The notes beneath the pieces are model-generated. The model was given only the letters and a program-made list of their open reading frames with translations. It had not been told where the DNA came from and made no database searches. The position numbers and the translations under genes are program-made. Below are positions 1 through 12,214 of a DNA stretch of 64,000 nucleotides, piece by piece. The DNA lies in the NCBI RefSeq assembly GCF_009914755.1, contig NC_060938.1; one strand, written 5' to 3'. The stretch comes from the human T2T-CHM13v2.0 reference genome, Homo sapiens. The first letter of the stretch is position 1; every line of letters begins with the position of its first letter.

Positions 1-422
1 CCCATTCAGGGTCTGGTGACTCTCACTGACAGACATACATTCAGCCCAGAAGGAGGAATGACTGATGATGTCTATGGAATTGAAATTCAGCAGCGCGTAA
101 AGTATGCACAGTGCCTCTTCGGTGACCATATTGGACAATTACCAAGTTGAAAGATACATAAGTGCCATGTAAACTTTTCAAACATTCAAGGAGCAAATAG
201 CTCTTCCCTGCACAACTGTGGTTCTTCCCATGAGAAGGAGGAAAGCAGCAAGCACTGGTAGTAGCAAAAAGCAAGAGATAAATGGAGAAAAAGTGAGAAA
301 CGTCTTTAAGGTTTCTCCTCCAGGTACCATGGAGTAGAAAAGAGGGAAGATTTGAAATGGAGAAGGGAGGACACCTGCACATGCATGCAATTAATTTTTT
401 GAAAAGGTATGAGATGCCCCTC

Positions 423-616
423 CGTGATTCTCAAACTTCAGTTTGCTCTGGAGTTCCCTGGGCAGTTTGATAAGAAAGCAGATTGCAGGGTTTCATGTTC
501 CATAAGGTTAGGGCTCACTAGGTTGAGGCGTATACTCAGAAGTCTGAAAGATAAAAAGATCTTCAGATGATAATAATGCCAGCGTCCTTTGACCACAGTG
601 TTATAAATCCTGGGCT
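423..616. mobile_element. MER5-like hAT-Charlie MITE (degenerate)
   Basis: Starts with a 'gtgattctcaaactt' terminus, has an internal 'gcagattgcaggg' and ends 'accacagtg...cctgggcta'; resembles MER5A from recall. Confidence 0.5.
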
Positions 617-1099
617 ATGACGATCTAGTAAAAGTTATTTGGGCTGAGCGTTTCCTGAGACTATAATGAGTCCATGACTGAGTGAGCCAAAGCTGATGAG
701 CAGGCTAACAGAAGGCTCCTAGCACAGGTGACTAGAAAGGGATAAAATATAATCTCTTTATCCTCTATGTATGGCTCTATGTCAAGGTCTTGCATATCAG
801 TGGAGAAATATAGCTAGATATAGGTATATAGATATACATATAGATATGGGGGGGAGGAAGGGACCCACTTTAGGTAAGAGAAGTATTGAACAAGAGAAGA
901 AATGTAATATGGTCCAGGTCTTGATGTTATATAGTTGAATCCAAGTAAATTAATACATAATCCACCCTAATTACTAAAAAAAATTGAGCTCATCTAAACC
1001 CTTAAAATGAGGGACTCTATTCCAAACGGTCAGCCACATGTGTCCCCTCACAGCCATGTCCTGGAGGCAGCGAACTACTGAGGCGAGAGCCCTACAAGA

Positions 1100-1474
1100 A
1101 CATGTGAGAGCATATATCTTTACAGGGTGGTGATCTTATTCCTGTCAAGTATATGGCCAGAGGGTGATTGCTGGGTCATATGGTACTTTTGTTTTTAATT
1201 TCTTTAGAAATCTCCATACTGTCTTCTATAATGGTTGCACCAAGCTACATTCCCATCAACAACGTACAACTGTTCCCCTGTTCCCTTTTCTCCACAGCCT
1301 CAACAACATTTATCTTTTGACTTTTTAGTAATAGCCATCCTAACAGGTGTATAAAAAGGGTAACTTTGTGAGATGATGGATATCTTAATTTGTTTCACTA
1401 TGGTAACCATTTTACTATATATAGTATCCCCTATTATCATGTTGTATACTCTAAATAAACACAATAATTTTTTT
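1100..1474. mobile_element. Old L1MA 3' fragment with inverted 5' part (twin-priming structure)
   Basis: 1100-1350 is minus-strand L1 ORF2-end sequence (tgctgggtcatatgg, ttcccatcaac, atagccatcctaacaggtgt). 1351-1474 is a plus-strand L1MA 3' terminus. Flanked by gagccctacaaga (1087-1099) and gagccctgcatga (1475-1487). Confidence 0.7.
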
Positions 1475-1569
1475 GAGCCCTGCATGATAGTCACTCTTGC
1501 CTGGTTTCAAATCTGGTTCTGAAACTTCCTTGCTGTGTGACTTTGGACAAATCAGATCATACAACTATC

Positions 1570-2110
1570 TGAATCACAACATTTTTGTAATAAGGGGATT
1601 TTAATATAGGAAATTGGTTGCACATATTTTGGAAGGGCTAAAGAAGAAAAAGAAGGAGGGGTGCTGTAGGAGAAAGGAGGAAGAAAGACTGACACCTAAA
1701 GATTAGAAGCTGCTAAAGCCCCTGCATTGAGCCCTTTAGCAGCACCTGCTACTGTGCTGCTGGAGAAACTATCTCAGTTGGTTCTGCATTCATCAAAAAG
1801 TTCCTGTGGTGACTAGGGTTGGAACCACAGAAAAGATGTTGACTTGGTCCAAGCGTCGGGACTTCAGAACGTCTCTACCTTTGTTGTCATAGCAACAAAC
1901 AACAACCGCCACATTATTAGTGTCAAAAGCAGGAAACTTCTCTCGGTTCACTTCTGATCTTCAAACAGGAACTTTAGATTCCCATTAGCATAATTGAAAA
2001 GTAAGCCAGCTGGCAATGGAAGCTGGGAAATGTAGTTTGCAGACTTCAAGCCTCAGTAGCATAAAATATAGCATAATTGGGCAGATGTGAAGCTGAGAAA
2101 GATGAGTAAA
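1570..2110 (-). mobile_element. Old ERVL/MaLR-type LTR fragment (LTR33/MLT1-like)
   Basis: Motifs 'ggattttaatataggaaattggtt' and 'agctgggaaatgtagtttgcag'; family uncertain. Confidence 0.45.
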
Positions 2111-2184
2111 TAACTAGCACAAATGCTCATGAGAGATTGGCCTGTAGTTTTCATTCTCACAGTGAATTTCTATCATTTCTTTTA

Positions 2185-2370
2185 AACATGTCTTTATTTT
2201 ACCATATATTTCAGGTATACAACATGATGTTTTGACATACTTATATATAGTAAAATGGTTACCACAGTGAAGCAAATTAACATATCCATCACCTCACATA
2301 ATTGCCCCTGTATGTGTGTGCGTGAACGCATTTAAAAATCTACTCTCTCAACAAATTTCCAGTATACAAT
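2185..2370 (-). mobile_element. L1MA 3' end fragment
   Basis: Motifs 'tacaacatgatgttttgacat', 'aagcaaattaacatatccatcacctcacata' and 'aaaatctactctct'. Confidence 0.75.
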
Positions 2371-3090
2371 TGTTATATTTTCCTCTAATTTGGTCTTGAG
2401 GTCTCTCTCTGGAAAGTGGTACAAATTCCAATGCTGCACTCACAGGGCTCCAGGGTAGATGGTCATGGATATTTACAGTGTGCTTTCACAGGGTACTTCT
2501 TTATTCTCATGGATAGCCTAATGCCCAAATGTTCAACCCATGACCAGGTGTCTCTTGCACAGGAAAATCTTTATTCTGGCAGACACCCCTGTGGGACTCT
2601 TGTCTGACCTGTGGATAGCCACTCTCTAGGACAGAGCCTAACTTTTCTCCAGGAAAGAAGTTAGGTTCAGGTGTATTGATCAGATGAGACAAAGAGGAGG
2701 CAGCACAGCAAACAAAATAACAGAAGCAGTTTCTTATTTACAAATCCCAGATGGAAGAGGGCAGCACATCTTGTAGGGCCAATGGGAAACGGGAGCTTTC
2801 AGGACATGCACACTCAATCAGTTGGGTAGGGAGCAAGAGAGAAAGAGAGGGACTTATGGTACCTCTGTCTTTCATATGGTTCAGGGAATTGCCCAAACAG
2901 ATGCTCCTCAAGGAGTTCTAATTGGTGGGTTTAGAGCAAGCAGGCTTCAGTTCCCAGGAGTTATGCTATGACTGAGAGGTGGTCACTATGGCATACCTGC
3001 ACATGCACATTCCATGAAATGTATGGGGTCACTGGGGCAAGTCAAGTAGATTGTATCTAGCTTTACCATACAAAGGAGGTCCATGCCTCA
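2371..3090 (-). mobile_element. ERVL-type solo LTR (MER54/MER74 group-like)
   Basis: TG start and internal motifs 'atcagatgagaca...agcagtttcttatttacaaatcccag'; family from recall only. Confidence 0.4.
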
Positions 3091-3169
3091 AATTTGTGGA
3101 TCTTTACACTGCTCAAGTCTCTACTTTCTATGATAGGTGAACCTCATCTTAATTGCTTACTAACAATCA

Positions 3170-3620
3170 TATTGGCCTGGAAATCAGAAGACCCTAGTTC
3201 AAGAACTGACATATTTACTAATGATGTTGAAAAAGTCATCTTACCTCTTTGAATATCAGCTTCTACTTCTAGAAAATGGAGCTAACACTACCCCTATTGG
3301 AGGCTGAGAAGTTCAAGATCAAAGCCCTGGATTGGAACCATTAGCAGCACCTGCTAATGGGCTAGTGGAGAAAATATCTCAGTTGGTTCTGCATCCATCA
3401 AAAAGATCATGTACTGACTGGGGTTGAAACCACAGAAAAGACGTTGACTTGGCCCAAGCTTCAGAAGTTTGGAATCTCTCTACCTTTGCTGTCACAGGTC
3501 ATCTTACCTCTTTGGACATCAACTTCTACTGCTATAAAATGGAGCTAACAGTAACCCTTGCCAGCAAGCAGTTAGATCAAATGAGAATGCAAATGTCCAA
3601 ATATTCTATAGACTGTAACA
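3170..3620 (+). mobile_element. MIR interrupted by a templated insertion
   Basis: The MIR core 'gtcatcttacctcttt...aaaatggagctaaca' is present twice (3235-3293 and 3498-3557). Confidence 0.6.
3321..3497 (+). repeat. Diverged direct copy of 1715-1892
   Basis: Shared blocks ttagcagcacctgcta, tatctcagttggttctgcat, aaccacagaaaaga, gttgacttgg and tctctacctttg; roughly 80-85% identity by eye. Confidence 0.9.
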
Positions 3621-3826
3621 CTGTAGAAATTTGAAGCACGAGCTGGTTACTACTGCTATTAAAGTTCTTAAGAGTAGTTACAATTCTGGTGGAGATTGGC
3701 TTTTCAAGATTGACCAGGAAACTATGTTCACACTTAAAGCTATTATCAGTTTCAGCTTGAATACCACTCATTTATTCAAGTTAATTCAGAATGATTCGCT
3801 TTCTGTCACATGAATCAAGAACCCAT

Positions 3827-4167
3827 TGCTATATTCTGAATGTTTGTTTTCCCCAAAAATTCATGTTGAAATCCTAACCCACAGGGTGATAGTATCAGGA
3901 GGTACTAGAAGCTGAGGCCTTTGGGAGGCTCTGCCCTCAGGAGGAGGATTAGTGCCTATATAAACGAGGCCAAAGGAACTCATTCACCCCTGCCACCATA
4001 AGGAGGTTTTAGAGGAAAGTGACCCTCTATGGACCAGAAGACAAACACCGAATCTGCCACCACCTTGATCTTGAAATTCCCAGCCTCCAAAACTGTGAGA
4101 AATTTCTATGGTTTATGAGCCATCCAATTTATGGTATTTGGTACAGCAGCCCAAACTGACTAAGACA
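3827..4167 (+). mobile_element. MLT1A/B MaLR solo LTR
   Basis: Begins tgctat...tgaatgtttgt...aaaattcatgttgaaatcctaaccc and ends cagcagcccaaactgactaagaca. Confidence 0.85.
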
Positions 4168-4866
4168 CAGAATGCATTTGCCCAACTAAAAAATTTTTTA
4201 ATCCTGTGAGAAAAAGAATAGCAGGGACTTTGAAGAGAGTCGGGCCTGAACCTAGTCTGCCATCTTACTTTGCTTACAACACAGAACGCAGGTCTGCCTG
4301 GTGTAGACGTAAGAAGCTTTCCAAGCTTTGTGCCAGCCCTTCAGGGGAGCCTATGGGCAGAGCCAGGGCATCTGATCAGAAGGCGGGTGTCTTCAGGGTG
4401 CTCTTCCAGAGCAAGCTGCCCCCCAGCCTTGGCCAATGAACAGAACAGTCAGGACAGCAGCAACTAAAAATCATTCCCAGTCACCCGGAAATTGCTGGGT
4501 CTGAAGGAAGCTGACAGCTATCAAAGCCGACGTGGCTGGCTGACTGCTGCTCACCAAGGCAAAGAACGGCTTCCAGCAGAGGGCTGGGGGAACAGGGCTG
4601 AGTCCTGACAGCACAGACATGACCTCTACAAGTCACCCTCTTTGCTGCACTGTTGAGACTTAGAAACTAGGGAATTCATGGGAAACACATAAGAAACATC
4701 TGAAATTCCATGAGAAAGAGGGCACAGAGACGCTGTCAAACTCGGAAGTAGCAGTTGTTGTCATGCCCAATAACAAACTTTGCAGTCCTTTTTTTCTAAT
4801 TGATATTTTTAATAATCCCTTTACCCACAAGCAACTCAGAGATATTAGGTTTTCTCTGTTTCCAGG

Positions 4867-4879
4867 GTTGCTAGGCAAC
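4867..4879. promoter_or_regulatory. RFX X-box motif in a candidate promoter/enhancer
   Basis: GTTGCTAGGCAAC in non-repeat DNA with raised CpG content (4.2-5.15 kb); nearby CCAAT (~4433) and CTCF-like CCAGCAGAGGGCTG (4573-4586). Confidence 0.5.
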
Positions 4880-5596
4880 ATTTCTAGGCAGCTGGAGATA
4901 TTTCCATAGTAAGCAAGTCATGTTCTACCACAAAGGCCATGGTTTGAAAAATACATTTTTCATCCATCATCTATAAACGCAGTGTTTTAATACCAGGGGC
5001 CTTTTATAGTAGCTAAAATGAGATTCCGCATTTGATAATAGTAACTACAGCGTGCTTTCGCATCGAGCCTTGATCTAATTCTGCTCTGAGAACGCGCATA
5101 CACCAAAGAGTGCCTCAGTTTTTATAGGTACCATCAGTCGAGCATGGCCAAAGAGATGAATTTTTTTTTAATTAGAGTTTTTTAAAGAGCTTTTAGAGGT
5201 TGGTTCTTTGGCTTTTGTTGTTAATTTCAAACTGAAAAGATTTGTTTTCCCTGATTGTATTATTACTTCAAAAAATGTGAGACAACCTCTAATACAATGA
5301 AATTTACTTGTAGGAGTCTCTATTTTTCTAATTAAAATTTAATATATACCAGTGATCTGTACATTTTTGCTAAGTTCTAATTTTGATTGTCTTTAGTTGG
5401 ATGCTTACAAATATCTTCAGTGTGTGGGATGCTTTAGAAAATTTAAACATTGACTGTGCCTGGAGGTATTTTTAAAAGTCTCCAGAAACCCTGGGCTGCA
5501 TCTCTGCTGTTACAGAAAATTAGCTTTTAACAACAAACATGTTAATCAATAGTGGATTAAATTATTTCTCATTCTTTGCTCATTGCCATTCTTTAG

Positions 5597-5642
5597 AGCC
5601 GTGCAGTTATACCGAAAGCAGAGCCTTCTTCTCCTCTGAAAG
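5597..5642 (+). other. Candidate 46-nt exon
   Basis: Pyrimidine-rich tract ...cattctttAG|AGCCGTG...CTGAAAG|GTATGC; two frames are open. Confidence 0.35.
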
Positions 5643-5923
5643 GTATGCAGTGCCAAACTTCTAATCCCCAGGTTTCGAAAGAGTTACATATCCAGAGTCC
5701 CAAATAGTTTTGCAGAACTGGCATCCACAAAAGGACACTTCTAGAGTTGTCTTAAGCACAAAGTCACCCACTCTCTTTTCACCAGCAAAAAAAAAAAAAA
5801 AAACATGTTCTAAGTCAGCAGTGTTGTTTGCCGGTTCCTCAAGATACTAAGAATAACAAGTTTACCACATGAAAACCAAACTCTTTTTGGACCCATTTCT
5901 CTAATGCTTTCTTATTTATGTAG

Positions 5924-5932
5924 CTTCAGAAG
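5924..5932 (+). other. Candidate 9-nt microexon
   Basis: tttctctaatgctttcttatttatgtAG|CTTCAGAAG|GTGAGT: branch-like CTAAT, a TGC motif and a consensus donor. Confidence 0.4.
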
Positions 5933-6084
5933 GTGAGTTGATTGCTTCCAAAATAACACATTTATATCTGATTCTTTTCTAATTGGGTTTTACATAGGTG
6001 AAAAACAGAGGTATAAAATATAATTAAAGATAATAAAATTATCTTCCACATGTATATGCTATCTGTTTTGAATTTTTCTTGCAG

Positions 6085-6200
6085 CAGTGGGTACTTCACA
6101 GAACAAAAGGGTCAGAGGCTAAGAATTTTATCTTCAAGAGAAGTAGATGAAGTGGCACATTTATGCACCAAGAATAAATTCCTTCTGTAATGGACAATTT
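6085..6200 (+). other. Candidate terminal exon
   Basis: tttttcttgCAG|CAG NAGNAG acceptor and AATAAA at 6173-6178. Confidence 0.3.
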
Positions 6201-6329
6201 TCAAAATCAGGCAGATCTACAGAATTAAAGTAACTTTAATATTTGTATTCTTAACCAAGTCTTTGTGTTATTAAACCACAACCACCATTAGGAAAATAAT
6301 TTTTTCTTCTGCTAAGCAATAAAATCTCA

Positions 6330-7370
6330 TTGATTCATCCAACAAATCTTGAGACCCTACTGTACATCAGGTACCTTGTCCGTCTCTAGGGATGTAAGTG
6401 AAGGGAATGTTTTCCCTGCCTTCAAGGAGTTTATGGCCCAGGAAGGAAATACAAATAATTAGCCAGGCAATTATAGCCGTGCAGTAAGCGCCAGATAGAA
6501 GTAAATACAGGGAATTAGGAGAACACAGCAGAGCTCAGGAGAGTCCTCCAAGCACCTCCAAACTGAGACCTGAAGGATCCACAGAGTTAGCCAAGAGGAG
6601 ATGTGGGGGAGCCAAGGGGAGGAGGGAGGGCAAGAGTGTTTCAGACAGGAGCCATGAGTACCAAGAAAAGCAGCACCTCTCTCCTTCACTGGGGATAGTC
6701 ATCTTCTCCCTGTGTCTGTGTCCTAATCTCCTCTTCTTATTAGACACCAGTCACAGGGGATTAGGGTTCACCCTAATGACTTTGTTCTAGCCAAATTACC
6801 TCAAAATTATCTTATTAAAAAAAAAACACCTTATCTGTAATCAGTCACATTCTGAGTTACTGGGACTTAGAACTTCAACATACAAATTTTGGAGGAACGA
6901 ATTTAACTCATAACAGTCACTTTGGCTGTAAAAGTGGAGAAGGTAAAACTAGAGGATAGAGACATGACAGGAAAACCCAAAGAATGTATTTCCAGGAGGA
7001 GGGGGAGGAGTTGACAGCACTCCAAGTGCCTCCAAGGTCAATAAGAAAGTAAGGATTGGAATGGAATTGTCCTTCAGAATTAGGGGCAAGGAAGGGACAA
7101 TGACTTAAATAAGTGCTGCTTTGGAGAGTGATGGGTGCCAAAGGCCAATCTCAGTAGTTTATGAACTGTCTGGGAGTTCAAAGGTGCAAGCAACCCCTCA
7201 GGAAGTTTATCTGAGAAAGTCAGGAGAGAGCTATGAGTAACTGAAGACAGAGTCACAAGAAGACTTATTTTGTCAACAAATAATTATTAAATTCCCACTG
7301 TGCACACAGGGCTGAGGAAGTACATTAGATAAAACCTTGCCATTGGCAAGATCAAAGTTTTGAGTTAATG
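6330..7370 (-). mobile_element. L2 remnants interrupted by an MLT1 fragment (~6690-6916)
   Basis: L2 motifs 'cattgattcatccaacaaat' and 'ccctgccttcaaggagtttat'; MLT1 motifs 'tcctaatctcctcttcttat...agtcacattctgag...acttcaacata'. Confidence 0.65.
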
Positions 7371-7489
7371 GAGAAATTAGTAATTTCCATATATGATCAA
7401 GGACTGGAACACACAAAAATGATATCAGATGCTGAGTTTGGGAGTTAGAAGTAATCTATTTTTTAATTTTTAGCAATTTATTTAATGTA

Positions 7490-7690
7490 GTAATAATAAA
7501 AGCTATCACTAAGTATCACATATTAGGCAATGTGCTAAGTGCTTTACACTATATCTTCTAATCAATATAAAAACGGTATGAGGTAACTAATATTATTTTC
7601 TTCATTTTACAAATAAGAAAGCTGAGATTTAATGAAGTTAAATAACTCAGTGAAGTTCCAAAAGCTAGTAAAAGTGGACCCAAACACCAC
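7490..7690 (-). mobile_element. MIR
   Basis: Motifs 'tgtgctaagtgctttac' and 'cattttacaaataagaaagctgag'. Confidence 0.75.
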
Positions 7691-8969
7691 CCATGTCCAT
7701 GCTATTAAGAAGAAATTCCAAAAACTCATTTCAAAAGGAGTATTTGTGTTTGGAAAAGGATGTGCTGAGGGGAGGTATTTTGTGTAACGTGGGGAAAAAC
7801 AAGAGAGAAACTATGTTATATGATTATGGCAAAAGAAAAACTGTTTATAGAGTCTCTTAGCACTTATCATCTGCATTAGAGTGCAGACCTTGGTTAAATT
7901 CTATCATGAATCAAAGAATCCTGGGAGTTCCATGTTGTATGTACATCTCGCCTGCCAATCCGACATAAATTTCTCAAGAGTAGCTATGTCTTTATTACCC
8001 TTTGTTGTTCCCACCAAGCCTAGCTCAGTGGTTTCACTGTAGGAGTCTAATTAAGGCTCAATAAATGTTTGCTTGAATTACTGAATGTTAAACAAAAATA
8101 TTGAAACAGAGAACAAAACAGTCTCAGTATCAAAACAAAGGTACTGGGACCTTTTGAGAAAAACATTCTCCTTCTGAGACACCATTTTCTCCTCCTTGCT
8201 TAAATACTTCGGGCCTTTGATGATATTTGACATCATTTCCTAGCACTGATTCACTGGCTCTGGGAGGGAAGGGTGAATCTCTTCTCTCCCACTGTTTCTT
8301 AGCAATGATAAAAACAGGCCATTTCTATCATTTTTGGAAACTGAACAGAGATGCTTTACTTCCAGCTGCTTATTAGACATATAAATCAACACCAATAATC
8401 AATTATACATCCTTGCTTTGCTGCTAAGATCACTAATAGAATACAGTTGGCTCATACTATTAGTAGTCAAGGGTCATGCATAAATGTAACAGTAACTGGT
8501 AGCTGCTTAATTCCAAAATCACATTTTTAAAGATACATTAGAAAGAAGCTGTTGTAACCCTTCATGCACCAAACTGGATTGGTTCTACTTTTGTAAATCC
8601 CTAATAGAATTTCTTCAATCGTTAGTAGACTCCTATTTGCATGCGTAGTAAGGCATATAATGTCTAATGATAATTTGGGTGATCATGGTGTTATAATGCA
8701 ATAGCATTTTTAAAGCAAAAGTTCACATGTATGAGAGGAATTTTCTGTCTATAGACAACTGAAAGATTATTCAAAGGTCTAATTGCCTTTTCACATACAT
8801 AATTCCAGCCACCAAAATTGTCATCTTGGAGGGAAGTGTTGAATAGTGGTTACGCGTGTGGTCTGTGGAGTTAGACTACATAGGATCAAATGCAAGGTTT
8901 ACTATTTATGTGATCTTGGAAAGTTGGCCTTTTTTACCTCGATTTCCTGAACTCTAAAAAGAAATAATA

Positions 8970-9462
8970 TTCAACCATAAAATAGAATGAAATCCTGTCA
9001 TCCGTGGCATCATGAATGAACCTGGAGGTAATTGTGTTAGTGAAATAAGCCAGACACAGAAAGACAAACATCATGTGATCTCACATGTGGAATCTAAAAA
9101 AGTTGATTTCATAGAGAGAGAGAGAATAATGGTTACCAGTGGTTGAGGAGGAAAAGCAGGAAGGAATACCAGGAGAGGTTGGTCAATTGGTACAAAGTTA
9201 CAGTTAGACAGGAGAAATAAGTTTTGGTGTTCTATTACACAGTAGGGTGACTATAGCAAATAATGCAGTGTATATTTCAAGGTAGTGAGAAGATTTTGAA
9301 TGTTGTCATCTCAAAGAAATGATAAATGTTTATAGTGATGGGTATAATAATCATTCTGATTTGATTATTATACTACGTATACATGCATTGAAACATCACG
9401 TTGTACCCCAAAATATGTACAATTATGTTTTTGTTATAAACACATACATTAAATTTAAAAAT
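8970..9462 (+). mobile_element. L1MA 3' end inserted in a MIR (MIR parts 8840-8965 and 10135-10270)
   Basis: Motifs 'gaatgaaatcctgtcat', 'gtgaaataagccagacacagaaagacaaa', 'tggttaccag' and 'gtagggtgactatag'. Confidence 0.85.
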
Positions 9463-9614
9463 AATAGTGACATTTATTTGTTGCTTTGCGGATAAAAATC
9501 AGATTAAAAATAAATAAAAAAGGGATAAAAAGAATTAAAAATAAAAATATAAATATGAAACATTGATATGTAAAACAGTAATGTAGGTGACTTTCTAACC
9601 AGAGAGACGTCTCA

Positions 9615-9895
9615 TGTTTTATTGAAGAAAAATTGATATCACATAAAATTCACTATTTTAGCCATTTTAAATACTACAGTTCAGTAGCTTTTAGTGCATT
9701 CACGATGTTGTATAACCATTGCCATTATCTAATTTTAGAGCATTTTCATCTCCCCTAAAAGGAACCTCATACCCATTGAGTAGACAGGCAGTCACTCTTC
9801 ATTCCCCCACATCCCAGCACCCTGGCAACCAGGAATCTGCTTTCTGTCTCTATGAATTTGCATATTCTGGACATTTCATATAAATGGAATAATAC
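9615..9895 (-). mobile_element. L1MB 3' end fragment
   Basis: Motifs 'ccctggcaaccaggaatctgctttctgtctctatgaatttg' and 'ggacatttcatataaatggaat'. Confidence 0.8.
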
Positions 9896-10886
9896 GAGAG
9901 AGAGTCAAGTAAATTCATTAAGCAGGAGTATTAGCATATATCTAGAGTTTTGAAGATAAATACCCAAAGAATTAGAAATAATTAAAAGGGTTTCTTCTGG
10001 GTAGAGGGGGTAGAACTTAGGGTAGAGAGAAGCAGCATGAAAGGGTGCTTTTCACTGTAAGTTCTTTACTGTTCAGCATATGTGTATAGTGCTTTGATAG
10101 TTTATTCTTCTTTTAAAAAGAAATTTTATTTTTAAAAATGAGGATAATATTAGTATTTAATCAGGTTGTTAGAAGGTTGAGTGACATAATGGACACAATA
10201 CCCATGAAACAGTTGGCTCAGTGCCTGACACACAGGAGATATTTGATAAATGTTAATTATTAGTATTATTATTACCACTAATAATTAATCAGGTTATCAG
10301 TGTTATACAGCAATGGAAGCAGAGCCATTTTGGGGACAGATCCCAGGGCACTTTGAAAATGAACAGTGCAGTATTGTGTATTTTATAGACATACCAGTAA
10401 TATAATATCAAAATAGTTCTTTAAATATAATTCTTAAGTTTCCTTCAGTCTTTTAGATGATTAGATTAATTTTGATTGAGAAGTCTTTAAAATAAAACTG
10501 AAAGCTTAATGGAGTTTTGCTACTTAAGTGTCATGCTGCCTAGTGAGTCATTGTTCAACCAGGTGGAGGGAAAGGTACTCTGGGCAGCCAACAATACATG
10601 GCAGGAGGATGGCATTGAGCTTCTGACCAAACAAAGGTCATAAGCAGAGATGTCTCTTTTCTCATTGTGACCTTCTATAGAAGTTAACATGTCAACACAC
10701 TTTATTCTGGAACATGCTTTATCTACTCCACCTACTAAATGTTAACCATCAAAGTGACAGGTGAGAGGCATCACCCTGAAATGAGGCTAACTGCCAGCAC
10801 TAAAGTACTGCTTATCACAACCCAAATCTACGCTATGAGCGGCAGGTGGGTTGAAGACGTGCAGAACTAGAATAGACCTTGGTAAC

Positions 10887-11268
10887 AGTATTAGCCCATT
10901 TTCACACTGCTGTAGAATACCGTCTGAGACTGGGTAATTTATAAAGGAAGGAGGTTTAATTGACTCACAGTTCTGCATGGCTGGGGAGGCCTCTTACAGG
11001 AAACTTACAATCATAGTGGAAGGCGAAGGGGAAGCAGACACCTTCTTCACAAGATGGCAAGAGGGAGTGAGTAAGTGAAAGGGGAAGAGCCGCCCCCACC
11101 CCCTTATAAAACCATGAGATCTCTTGAGAACTCACTCACTATCACGAGAACAGTGTGGGGGAAACCACCCCCATGATCCAATCACCTCCCAGCTGGTCCC
11201 TCCCTCAACACCTGGGGATTACAATTCAAGATGAGATTTGGATGGGGACACAGAGCCAAATCATATCA
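10887..11268 (-). mobile_element. THE1/MST MaLR solo LTR
   Basis: Motifs 'tgagactgggtaatttataaagg', 'gactcacagttctgcatggctgggg' and 'ggggacacagagccaaatcatatca'; TSD gtaac/gtaaa. Confidence 0.92.
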
Positions 11269-12214
11269 GTAAACAACCCTTCAACTCTTAAATCCATCCT
11301 ACCACATAATTTCCAACACTCTGCCCAGAAAACCATGAAGTTGCTGAGGAATATGCTGCAAGCAATAGAAGTAGTCGCAAGCAGGCAAGACAAAAGCTTT
11401 AAGGATTCCCTAAATAATAGGTCTCTTCTGGGAGACAAGGAGCTATAGGTATTACTTAGAAAAGACCTCAAGCCTCTGTAACTTGAGACACAGCACCAGA
11501 AAAAACAGAGCATGCCCCAGGTTTAAATCCCAGCTCTGTCCCTTACCTTAGTTGAGTGTCTATTAGATGAGGCTATTGAAAATCCAATGTCATAATATTT
11601 GTGAGGATTCATTATAATAATAATAATCCTTGGAAAACACTTAGTTCCATGTCAAATAGTAAGAGCTCATTAAATGTTAGCTATTATGTTATGTTTAATA
11701 CTAGAAATATCTCTAATCAAAACCACATTCTCATTGAGGGAAGTATTCTTTTGACACAAACTGGACTGTTCATGTCACAACTGCAGAAAAATTACACTCT
11801 GTCAAATAGTTTTTACCTTAGTACAATTGAAGCCATTGGGATAGAGAAATCTGAAAGTAGCCTCACTTCTTCCTATTGAGCTTAAGAGAGCATTCGATGC
11901 TCCCTGATGAGGTGAGATTGGAATCTCTTTCCACTTCCCAGGATTCTTACAGTACCTGTGTACGAGTCAGTTCTAGAAAAGAACAAACAAAACAATCACC
12001 TACTTACCTTGGAAGGTATCCAAATAGGAAGTCAATAAGGCAGTCTGCATGATTTGGGAAATATAAAGTCATCCCTGGTATGTTTCTTTATAGGTATTAC
12101 CTTCATTTGAAATATTGGTTTCAGTTGCTCTTGTGAAACATATTGGCTTTTAGCCTGTTTCTCCTCTCCAGATCTGTTACTGGGCATGAGTCTACATTGT
12201 TCCATAAAATCTCA

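Noticed and set aside
41-390. Minus-strand ORFs of 113 and 70 aa
   Set aside because: No recognisable domain or convincing exon structure; length is compatible with chance.
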